Program-made: the position numbers and the translations under genes | Shown: positions 12,801 through 23,700 of the stretch, piece by piece | Numbering within the stretch: position 1 is the stretch's first letter | Layout: the number at the start of each line of letters is the position of its first letter | The notes under the pieces: generated by a model | What the model saw: the letters and a program-made list of their open reading frames with translations, nothing else | Told to the model about the DNA's origin: nothing | Database searches by the model: none | DNA from: Bugula neritina | Lineage: Eukaryota; Animalia; Bryozoa | Direction of reading: 5' to 3' | Assembly (NCBI GenBank): GCA_964035545.1 | Contig: OZ037770.1 | Coordinates: 10,174,973-10,238,972, forward strand | Length of the DNA stretch: 64,000 bases

Positions 12801-15800
12801 GATCCACCCGAGAGGAGTGCCAAGCACTGCCCTAGCCAATTCAGAACCTCACAAAGGTTAGTTGCAGATCCTAAACCGATGTCAGGGAGGGGGGTGGGGG
12901 GCATTTTATGTGTATTGCAAACTGGACTCATGAGCTATGTGGAGTAACATGAACTTCAGCCCCTTACACTTGAACGCATTAACATATATAATCCATAATG
13001 TCTACCTGTTGAAAACAGATAGTCTGTCTGTTATAAATTAAGTGACAGCTGACAGATAATTAATCACAGATTAAGTAAGACAGCTACCTAGGATTCAGCA
13101 ACCAGACTCTCATACAGTAAGAAGGCGTCGGTGGTGTAAAGGTTAGCATTGTTGCCTTCCAAGCAATAGATCCGGGTTCGATTCCCGGCCGACGCACATT
13201 TTTTCGTTCTGTCAAAGTTTACCATGTAGCTGGAACACTTTGCCAGACCAACAAAATGATTTTTGCTATCACTCAGAGATATTTTATTTAGCATATGAGT
13301 TTGCCCTTAAATTTCCCTATTTTACTTGCTGCAAAATTTTAATCAATTTCCTGGGCCAGCTGAGTGGCTCATGGTGGTGCTGCATGCAGACGAATACAGG
13401 GTTGTGAAACTGGTTAACTAGAATCGTTCTATGCACAGCTTCGAGTCTGAGGTGATAGAGTGCACTAGTTCGAAATTTTCGAGTTTGAAGTTGGGGATTT
13501 AAGTTGGAACTTTGCAACTATGCTCTTGCGAGAAAACCTTTCTGTATAGACCAGCGTTTATGTTATGCAGGCTGCAAAACGTAAATTTTCGAATTTGAAA
13601 GTCAAGTCGAGGAACATCAAAAATAATGCTGAATGTAGAAGAGTGAATTTTAAGAGCTTGAAAAGATTTTTGGGCAAACAATAATATTATGAATGTTGTA
13701 AGCATGCCGTCTGCACTTTGAATCACTGCGTTTCCATGAATCCATACGGATGCTCGTACGGATTACATTGAAGGAAAAGCACACATTCCTATGCAATCCA
13801 TACGAAGTTATCTTCTCTTTGCGATTGTGCTAGCTGAATTATAATGTTAATTAGTATGACCAACTTTGAGTCAGTGTTCATGCCCAATGACAATTTAATT
13901 ACCAATTCTGTCCCGATGTTTTATAGATTAAATTAATTAAATACACAAACTTTCAGTCAATTTATTTTAAATTAAAAAAGCATAAACTAATGAAAGCATA
14001 AAGTATTTTGTGACCGGTAAACTAAGTCAAGAGTAATTTAAATTTTTAAAATGAAAATAGCTGTTAATTTATTTTTAGCTTGGGAATGCTTTGACTTACA
14101 GAAAAATCTTATAAATTTAAGATGATTGATAATTATTTTAAATAATAGCAGCTAAGATAAATAAAATAATTTAAATTATGAGATGAAATATACTTTAGGG
14201 TAGGTTGTAACCTATAATTATTGTTTACATCGAGTAACTATGTAACTAGCCGCCACAATCACTGATCTCTGTCCCCGTCACAATAGTTTTCACTCGATTT
14301 AATCGAAGGACACATTTTCATCATTTACATAATGCGAAGGAAATTTTTCATCAAAGGAGCCGTTCGAATGAATTTTCGGCTCCAGTTTTGCTTCCCTGCA
14401 ACTATTTTCATAGGGCAAATAAAAAAATTCATTCGCATAATGCGATAATGGAAACATAGTGCATGTCAGCTAATGAATTAATTTCTCAGAAATAGTATCA
14501 TGTTGTCACAGCTGACAGGTAATTAATCACAGGTTAGGTTTAACAGCTACCCAATGTGAAATCTGTCAAATTTCTGTTTAATATGAAGGCGTCGGTGGTG
14601 TAAAGGTTAGCATTGTTGCCTTCCAAGCAATAGATCCGGGTTCGATTCCCGGCCGACGCACATTTTTGCATTCTGTCAAAGTTTCCCACTGACAAACTTA
14701 AAGTTTTTCAGAAGAACAAAATAGCTTTTTGCTACAGTTGGTGGTATTTTATGTAGCGTATGGGTTTTCCCTGATATTTGCTAGTTTTACTTGATTTGAA
14801 CATATAAATGTTAATTGGAATGGTACTGCATGCAAACGGATGCAAGATCGTGAAACTTTTTAACTATGGTTTCGCCTTTTAAGCTTTCTGCGGACCAGCT
14901 GAAGCCAGGGGTAGTACAAAACCGAATTCATCTTTTGTTGAACAATGTAAAATTTTAAATTTGAAGATTAAACCATTTAAATATATCAAAAGTAATGCTC
15001 TGTATGTAGAAGTGTGAATTTTAAAAGTTAAAAGAACATTTCTTAGCAAACGATATTTTAGGTGCAGTGGTTGGGGAGGGGTTTCGTGTTTGGAGTTGTA
15101 TTCAGTCACCCCCAACCCTGCGCTGCTTCTAAGGGGATTCGATTTTTTTAAAAGTTGTCAGCATGTTGTCTGCAATTTATATGTCAGCTAATGAGTTAAT
15201 CTCTCAGAAATACTAGTATGTTGTCTCAGCTGACAGATAATTAATCACAGGTTAGGTTTAACAGCTACCCAATGTGAAATCTGTCAAATTTCTGGTTAAT
15301 AAGAAGGCGTCGGTGGTGTAAAGGTTAGCATTGTTGCCTTCCAAGCAATAGATCCGGGTTCGATTCCCGGCCGACGCACATTTTTTGCTTTCTGATAGAA
15401 TTTCTGCTATTTATATACGTTCTAGTACAGTCATCTTACTCCAACATTAACTATTTTTTTCAGGACAATTTGCTTTGGCCTTACTAGTTTTATATTAATG
15501 AGCATCTCGTAGTGCCAGTACTTGCAATCATTTTTTAAACTAAGTTTACTACACTGTCATTTCTAGCGCTAAGAAAATGGAAATTGAACGTTAGTTGGAT
15601 TTTTTCTAACACTAATTATTGTTTTTATATACGTTTTAGTGCTATTTTTTGCGTGACTAAATGTAGTGATACATTGAAAATATCAAAGATGTATTTTGTT
15701 ACAAATTTGGTGCTCAGACCTGCCCCAAGACTTTCTGTTCCATGCCAGTTGGGAACAACTTATGTATATACATTTTGCTTTCATGTATATGTTTGCCAGT

Positions 15801-18800
15801 TCTACTTGCTGCAAGCATATAATGTATGGCACCCAGTCAAATAGGTGAAATAATTATCATGCTACATGACTTGTCTGACGGCTTATGTTGGGGGAGAAGG
15901 AGTTTTCTACTAAACAGACACAAGAGTAGAAAATAAAGTATTGTGTAGCCTCTTTTTTCCAAAAGTGACACTTAAGATTCGTACCCATAGCTCTCTAGAC
16001 TGAAAAAACAGGTGATTTATCAACAGCATCATCATGAATGATGCAAGCTTGTAGTCATGCATAGTAAATCATAATTTCCTTTTTTTGATCAGCTACACAA
16101 CCATTTGCTGTCCATGTGATAAGAGTTGTTGCTGTTGACGATTTATTTGAACAGCTAGATTCTAAAACAGGGGTGTCCAGCCTTTTTCAGAGCAAAGGCC
16201 ACTGAAATGGAATATTTTGGTGGTGAAGGCCACATTGTAAAATTTAGCTTGAGCTGGGGATGTCTCAGTAACAGTATTTTTCAAATTAATTTATCCCAAA
16301 TTTCTATGAATCATTACAAGATGAAGTCCCAATAATTACTGCAGGCTGCATGCTTTTAGTATGTATATAAACAAGATATTTAAAAGGTGGTTTTTCCACT
16401 CTAATTCGTATGTGTGGGCAAAATAATTTTATTTGTTGTGCCTTTGAGGGCCACATGAAATATGTAGGACAGCCCTGTTCTAGAATATCTGTTTCAAAGA
16501 TCAGCAATGTTGCATAGCAACAGCTAAAAGGTAGTTAATCGCAGGTAAAACATCACAGCTACTCAATCTCAAACTTATCCAATGGTCAAAATTCAAGAAG
16601 CGTCGGTGGTGTAAAGGTTAGCATTGTTGCCTTCCAAGCAATAGATCCGGGTTCGATTCCCGGCCGACGCATATTTTTTTTCTATATACCAAAATTGTTC
16701 TCCAGGTTACTGAATACTTGATAATGTTTTAATATATTTATATGCGACCTTGATTTACTTTCAAATGTTTTACAATCATCAATAAGGCTGTAGTGCATGC
16801 GCTTTAATTATACTAATTTGAGACTGATTGTCCAGTAGTAATGTGAGTTATGTAAAGCTTGCAGTAATTAGCAAAATCAGAAAATCTCTGTTATTTTCTG
16901 AAATCACGCTTCACTTTGCAACATCTACTTCATAACTCTATCTGACTCACTGACTCACTGACACTCTTTTTCTTCAGTATAGGAGTCATAAATAACTATA
17001 TTTTAGTGTTGCAAGTTGATTGCTATTGGAAATTCAAAAATTGTATGCTTTTCTCTGTTGTGATCAACGCATCATTGTAAAGCATGCTTTTACTTAACAA
17101 AACTAAAATGTAAATCGTTTTTAATATATAATTTTGCTTTAAGATACAAATAATGAACAAATCTATCTCATATAGTTTTGAATTATTTAAACCATGTTAT
17201 TTATATGTGTTTAAAATAGTAAAATGAAAGCTTAGCTAATTGTGTTTCAATATAATTATATTATAACTATACCACTAGTTAATTCAGCGTATTGTCATCA
17301 TACTGCAGGTAAGAGAATGGAAATGATTCTGCATTCAGCCGAGAAAATGCCGGATTCGCCAAAGCGGTGTGGCCGTACTATTAAACCCGAGACTGAGCAC
17401 ATTGCAGCCCGTCATCAAGGTATTTCTTCAACCACTTTTTTTCATATTATTTTATGTTGTATTGTTTTATATTATGTTATTTTACATTATTTTTTTTTAT
17501 ATCATGTTATTTTATATTATACTATTTTATATTATTTTCTATTTTGTGTTATATTATTTCATATTATATTATTTTATGTTATATGTTTTTTGAAATATTC
17601 TTCTATATATTCTATTTCTATATTCTATTATTTTGTATTATATTCGTTTAAATGTTATGTCACCGAGGCGCAGATATTTTATCATGTTGTATTATTATTG
17701 TTACGTTTCATAGGTATTCATTATTTTAAAAGTCACGTTGACCGAAGTTTTCCAACTCCACAATTTGGAGTTATGCCACTGAAATATTCACCTCATTTCA
17801 GAATATTTTATATATCGTTTCCATGTGATGTAGGAAAGCCAGTGGCTAATTTGATAACCAACTATGGTTGTTTGGGGATGTCAGAACGAGCCCCTAGAGT
17901 CACTGTGTGGGGGGAAGAGAATATGGCTTTGGATCGAGGGGGACGAATGAAAACACTAATTGATGAGCAGCAAAGGTGAGAGAATACAACTCCTGTGATG
18001 TGATATTTTCCTTACTGCACTGCTTTTATTACAGCGTTAGATCTAAGAGCTTACAGTCTGATTTTAGTATATACAGTGCTCCTTCCGTAGCTCATAAATC
18101 CCATAGGTCACAAGAAGGGCTTGGGCCCCGTTTTGTTGCTTATATTTGTATGCATAGGGACAAAATGGTCGACTTTAATGGATCGGTGACGTGAATTAAG
18201 TCTAGTGTTCCACTATGTCACGAATTGAGGTTTCGAGACACGTAGCTTAGTGAGATATAGAAGGAGCACTGTACAGCTTAGTGAGATATGGAGGGAGCAC
18301 TGTATAGCTTAGTGAGATATGGAGGGAGCACTGTATAATAATTGCTAATTCGACGAACTACAGACTTGTACAAGCAACAAGCTCTTTGATAGGCTGATCT
18401 CATTGTATTACTCACAGCTGCCGGCATCAATCTCGCACTAATGTAGTTATGCTGAGAATAATATTTAGATGAACAAAAAATTACCACAAGATATTAGGCG
18501 TCCCAGACTATAGACATTTCACAGATTTTGTAGCTTTTTTGACGATTTTACGTTCTCCATATTTTTATTCATTTCGAATATAAGTAGGCTGTCTATTTCT
18601 AACAGGGCTGTATTATAGCAAATGTATTTGTCTGGTACATATCTTCTGATGAACATGCTTAAGAACTTGCTAGTAGCATTCCTAAGGACATATACTGGTT
18701 CACAACGTAGTGTAGCGAAAATAATATTAGCAAGCAAATATGAAACTTCAAGGAATTTATTACAATTCCTACTATAAATATTAACTTTAATGGTAGTATT

Positions 18801-18975
18801 TGTCCAATAACAACATATCTAATGTTTTAGACCTCGGACTGTTTGGCCAGCAAGTGGGGCGTTACCAGGACAACCCTCTACATATTCCATCACTGGAGAC
18901 CAAATCTATGGAACACGAGTAGATAATTACAACAGGAGAAATGGGACCCAATGGGACCAATCATGGAAGGCCTAA
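9866..18975 (+). CDS. Uncharacterised tandem-repeat protein (~305 aa, ~7 repeats of 35-40 aa)
   Basis: Exons 9866-9966, 10834-11015, 11235-11354, 12740-12856, 17309-17419, 17834-17975, 18831-18975 (918 nt), all GT-AG and phase-consistent, ending ...QWDQSWKA*. Internal repeats: GTMGSIFNMEDNVSNGYLSARPCSR / GTMEKFLKADNNVHQGFDSTPCAR / GTMAKWLNVEENVSSGYESARPAPR. The true start may lie upstream (open frame back to an acceptor at ~9834). Confidence 0.8.
12322..12664. mobile_element. PIF/Harbinger-type MITE, TAA target-site duplication
   Basis: TAA|GCCTAGGGCCACACTGTGCGTATTTTCGCATGCGAA...TTCGCATGCGAAAATACGCACAGTGTGGCCCTAAGC|TAA; ~70-bp near-perfect TIRs. Confidence 0.88.
13125..13196 (+). tRNA. tRNA-Gly(TCC), copy 1
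   Basis: 72-nt cloverleaf: acceptor GCGTCGG/CCGACGC-A, anticodon arm GTTGC-CTTCCAA-GCAAT, T-loop GGTTCGATTCC, followed by an oligo-T terminator. Confidence 0.97.
13724..14461. mobile_element. Non-autonomous DNA transposon with short CACT(G/A) TIRs
   Basis: Left CACTGCGTTTCCAT, right ATGGAAACATAGTG (12/14 inverted match). Absent from the paralogous unit upstream of tRNA copy 3 (empty site GCATGTTGTCTGCAATTTAT|ATGTCAGCTAATGA). No clean TSD. Confidence 0.65.
14589..14660 (+). tRNA. tRNA-Gly(TCC), copy 2
   Basis: Identical to copy 1; CATTTTT terminator. Confidence 0.97.
15307..15378 (+). tRNA. tRNA-Gly(TCC), copy 3
   Basis: Identical to copy 1; CATTTTTT terminator. Confidence 0.97.
16168..16477. 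mobile_element. hAT (Charlie-like) MITE
   Basis: TIRs CAGGGGTGTCC / GGACAGCCCTG; 8-bp TSD TTCTAAAA versus TTCTAGAA (7/8, NTCTAGAN-type site). Confidence 0.8.
16600..16671 (+). tRNA. tRNA-Gly(TCC), copy 4
   Basis: Identical to copy 1; TATTTTTTTT terminator. Confidence 0.97.
17435..17705. repeat. Degenerate (TATTT/TATTA)n low-complexity tract
   Basis: Pentamer periodicity inside intron 5 of the repeat-protein gene. Confidence 0.8.
18074..18333. mobile_element. Tc1/mariner-type MITE, same family as 1203-1440, inverted, one end triplicated
   Basis: TA-CAGTGCTCC... ending in three tandem AGCTTAGTGAGATATRGARGGAGCACTGTA units; the internal sequence is the reverse complement of the 1203 copy. Confidence 0.82.
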
Positions 18976-19593
18976 CATTCAAGTTTCATTACTACATATT
19001 TTATTGATACATTTTTCTATACAAAAATGACCTAAATTGAGGAATTGCTGTATTCTTTTTTATGAGTTACCTCTACTGTGTATATGGGTATCACAACTCC
19101 CAATGCTACCTGATATTTCAGCATTTAACCTTTTTCATTTATTCAATCTCTAATAGGTGATCTCTTGCCATGTTTTTGTTACTTGATTACATTGTGCTGA
19201 TAACTCTTAAAAAGAACTGGATCTTTGTGTAAGGCTGTTAGAACAATGCTTTGGTTTTGGAAATGTTCAGTTAATATAGTTCAGCATGTAGCTCAGCAAT
19301 TCTTAGGTTATTGCTAAGGCTTTCTATAGTTAAGAATTATATTTGTGCATCTGAATGGGTGTTAGTATTTATCCGCTAACCATGAAGGCGAACATGATTT
19401 AACTTCTCTCTGATGACTTAGTCTTTGGTGTTGCTATTTTATTTGTAGTCAGATTTTCTAATTATCTTCTTGGCTATAACTATCAAAAAGAGTTTGATTT
19501 GTAAATTTTTAGGCTATTTCAAAATTTCTCTGTGAAAAAATTGATGATTAGGAACCATAATGCTAATATTGGGCTAGTATTTTTAGTATGATA

Positions 19594-19722
19594 GGAGCAG
19601 CTGCAAGGCGTAGTAAAGTGGTCTGGTGATTAGAGCACTAGGTTAGTGAGCACTAGGTCATGGGTTTGAATCCTGGTATGGCCATTGCTGATGTTATGAT
19701 GAGCATTCAGTTTTAATTGCCA
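19594..19722 (+). mobile_element. tRNA-derived SINE family A, partial and diverged
   Basis: GGAGCAGC head, GGTCATGGGTTTGAATCC B-box-like motif, GCTGATGTTATGATGAGCATTCAG body. Confidence 0.6.
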
Positions 19723-20754
19723 CAATAGAAATAACAAACTTTTAGCTCATTAAAAACCTTTACCTTCACAAGGATAAAGGTAAAGGTTTTTAATGAGCTA
19801 GATGAGCCAAATTGTAATTATTTCATATTTATTTTGTGTTTTTGTAGCTTTTCTTTATATATCAATTGTAATACATTCATTATCTTGGTACTGTGATACT
19901 TTTTTAAAAATGTTTTTAAATATTATGTAAATTTCGTTCATCGCAATAAACTTGGCTAAAGGCCATCAATTTAGTCAGCATAGCAGCTTCTCTCTCACAT
20001 GCATGCTAAACTGATCATGACGTCACCTATATAAGCAATAGGTAGACTTTTACATGTAGAGCTAATTTATATTAGTTTTAAGAGGCCCCTTAAATGGACT
20101 ACTATGAGCAAAAGATGGTAATTATGAATGGCAAAGGTACCATGTTAAACCTGATCATTGCTAAATGCAGCAGAAGCGGGTAGTAATGAAAACTTGACAA
20201 AGTTTGAATAATATTTTGCCCCAATTTGTATATAGAAAACTTGAAACTTGCAGCTAATCAACTTATCTGCAGTTGTGAAGTTCTTTCCAAGTAATTAAGA
20301 GGTTTATAATTTCTTACAGTATCAAATCATCTTGCAGTTTAAATAAAAATGCGCTCCATAATGCCAAGTTATTTTACACTTCTTAACAAAACACTTTGGT
20401 CTAAAATTTGAAACTATTATATTATTTACAACTTTATATACATAGTTGAACAAAAATAGTCTGATACAAATTACTATTTGAAATATAAATACAAATCTCA
20501 ACACTTTGTACATTTGTGTAAAACATCAAGGTGATACTTAAAACCATGAAGTGCAATTGTTTAAAAAATGTTTGTTTTACTGAATTAAGAAATCGCTTGA
20601 ACATTTTTCAATAAATAGTAAAATGCTAAAAAATAGAACTTCTCACTTGTGTTAAGTGAATGCGTATGGCACTATGACTTATAATACATGCTATATTATT
20701 TTATTTATAGATAAATTAGAATTACTCATTGCCTGGAATTTGTTCTTTTATACT

Positions 20755-23700
20755 TTAAACGTCACTAATCATATTGGAGTAAATGGTTCTTTTTGGTGCT
20801 GGAAAAACTAGTCCATAGTTTGCTTGATGTCCTGAACTTATTGGCCTTTCATTAGAAGTAGCCCCATTCACAGGATGCTTAGCATAGGCTGGTTGGACTC
20901 GTGACTGGACCACCCGTGAAGTGTCACTTGCAGCCAGTTCATGGTTTGGCCGAGTGGTATATTGTGCTTTGCTACTCATTTTTGGGTTTACTGCGGAATC
21001 ATTCTGGTCAAAGAAACTATTTTGGTTATTGTGATTACCATTTCTATGCCGATGGTTATTAAGCATCTGAGTTGCATTCATCTTCAAAGCAGCCGATTGT
21101 AAGCTTTGCTGATACCATGACTTCTCAGAAGGTGAGCCGTTTGTATTGCTATCATAGAAGTTCCCTCCGTATCCTGAATCCAAGTTGGAGCTCGAACAAA
21201 TAGAAGTAGAATCCACTACCGTGGTATGATCGCTGCTCGGTTCATGAACTGATAGACTCCGATGAAGACCTGGTGTGGTTTTCTCAGATTGCTTAGCAGT
21301 TACTCTTTGCGCAAATGCATCATGGAATGAGTGTGTGGTATTCGAATAACCGGGTGGAGTCTTGTTATACAGAGGAGGTGGTTGTCGTGTAGGTTGCCCG
21401 GCCCTGTTGGATTGTATTTCTTCATAACTCGGTAGGGGAGCACGTCTCTGACTTTCAGCCACACTTGTAGAGGCGGTACGCTGTGGTGGGCGTGGTAAAG
21501 AAGAGGTTGCATATGATTGGTTTGTGGGCGCTGCAGAGCTCAATTGGCTTTCCTTCTGAGAATGCTGAGCGCTGCCATTAGCATAATGAGAGAATGGAAG
21601 TGCTGTTTGCCTCTGTGGTGGCTGCTGCACAGCATCTTGGGACTTGTAAAAGTTAGAACTTGGATCACTGGATGAAGATAGTTTAGGTTTATTAAATAGT
21701 CGATTCAAGCCGTTGGGATATGGTGCAGTATTCAAGCTCTTTGACGGGTCTTCAAACACAGGTAGCACATCCGATCTATGACTATTGTAGCCTTCTGTTG
21801 GTTTAGAGGTATCAGATTTGTTGCGTGCCAGTAGCTCATTCCTTGTATTAACAATTGTTTCTCTCAAATCGCTTGTGTTGTCATTTCCGTAGGCCAACGG
21901 CTTACTACTAACAGTAGCCGGTGGTGGAAGATATGGTGGCTTTCTAATGACTGAAATGGACTGATAGCTAGGTAGTGGCGGCTTTACATTTTCTGAGTAT
22001 TTGTCATCGTGACCTCCTATAGGTGTTTCACGCTTACCAGGATGCAATGCCTGCTCCATTTGAGTCGAACTCAAACTAGAAGTTGGTGGCTGATCCTGGG
22101 CTATCTCTTTAGACTTGACTGAGTCATCATAGTGAACCGATTTCACAGGTTTTCTCAGCTCTATAGCCTCATTTCCTATGTTGAAAGCAACTTTAGAGTC
22201 ACGGGGTAAACTATTGGATCGACTGACTGCATACTTTTTGACATCAAAGTTTCCCGACAACCTTGGCTGTCTCAGCGCTGACTTCAAAGGCATAGAAGAT
22301 TTGTGGTCTGGTTTCTGCTCAGGTCTTTTATGACTTTCACGTCTACCCAGCACCCGGTCAATGATCGGTTTACCGTTGCCGGTTCTCGTGGCAAATGACT
22401 CTGATCTGTGATTAGCCTGAGGTACTTCATTGTTCGACGTATTAGTTTGAGGAGTACTTGGTGAGTCACAACCTGTATCAGTCCTAGAGTTTTCTTCATC
22501 TAAATGATCTCTGCTAACCCATAGCCCTAAAACAAATTGAACAACACATTATTTTGACATCCAACAATTGATAAGACTTCCTCTTACTAGAAATATATAC
22601 AACCAGAAATATTTTTATTATAATAATGACAAAACATGAAACTTTATACAAAGGCTATTGATTTATTCATATATATTCAATATACTAAAGTTTTTTTACG
22701 ATGTCACTTTAATTTACTAAGTTGAAGGCTAAATATGATCAGATGGTATAAATATAGGCTAAATAAGTTTTCTTCAGTAAACTACTCACCAGGTATTTGC
22801 TTCTTAGCTGCCTCTGCAATAATGTAATTATTGTTTTCTGTAAATTTATCAGAAGATAAAGCTTCCACATGTATGCCAGCACGAATTCGTTTTCTTCTCT
22901 CTCGAATCTATAGAAATAATAGACATAAGTAATAAAAGCAACACACTTTCATCTAAGGTTACTCAATTATATTTACTATTTTTAGATAGATTTCCTAGTA
23001 GTGTTCTCTTACTTCTTCATGGTGTTTTAGCATCTTCAACTCCTCCATGGCAGCTTCTCTAGATTTAAACGCTCGCCCATGAAAGCTGTACTCGGAGTGA
23101 GTGAGAGTCTCATCAGATCGAGATCTGAACAGTCTGGGAGGAGGTAAATAGTTCTCAGAGTTCATTGTCTGTGTAAACAGAAATAACTAAATTATAAAGT
23201 CATCAAGTAATACGATGCAGTTTTGGGAGCAGCCGTGGCCTAGAGGTTAGAGCGTTGGCTTAGTAAATATGAAGTCATGGATTCAAACTCCAACAAAAGC
23301 CACTGGTGATGTTAGAAAGAGCATCCAGTTATAAATGCTCTTGTGCCTCATATGAATAAATCTTTAGCATGCTTTTAAGAAACCTTTTCTATCAAGGATT
23401 TTTCACAGGGATGGTGACTATAAACTTGCATGAATTGTTTATGATACAGTGCCGATTCAAGTTTACCGCTAAGACTAAACTGTTCATCAAAAAAAGTTGT
23501 GAAGTTGGAAAGCTACAATTATTTTTTTTCTTTTACTAGGGTTCGGCTAAACTATTTGGCAATGTTAAATGATGACAATCCCCCTTACTAAAAATCGAAC
23601 CTCAGACTTTTAACTTGTAAGCATACACTATGGGTGCTACTGGGGAGTCTCAGCCAACACGTATATCAAACACTTGTTAAAGTTTATAAGAAAACATGGT

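Noticed and set aside
12396-12931. Minus-strand ORFs of 94 and 84 aa
   Set aside because: One lies inside the Harbinger MITE and the other is antisense to exon 4; no recognisable protein features.
15718-15765. Extra repeat exon (RPAPRL)
   Set aside because: Its acceptor phase is incompatible with the flanking phase-1 junctions, there is no convincing donor, and the rest of the repeat is missing.
17242-17979. 245-aa ORF as a standalone membrane protein
   Set aside because: It is exon 5 + intron + exon 6 of the repeat-protein gene; the hydrophobic part is a TATTT tract bounded by GT-AG.
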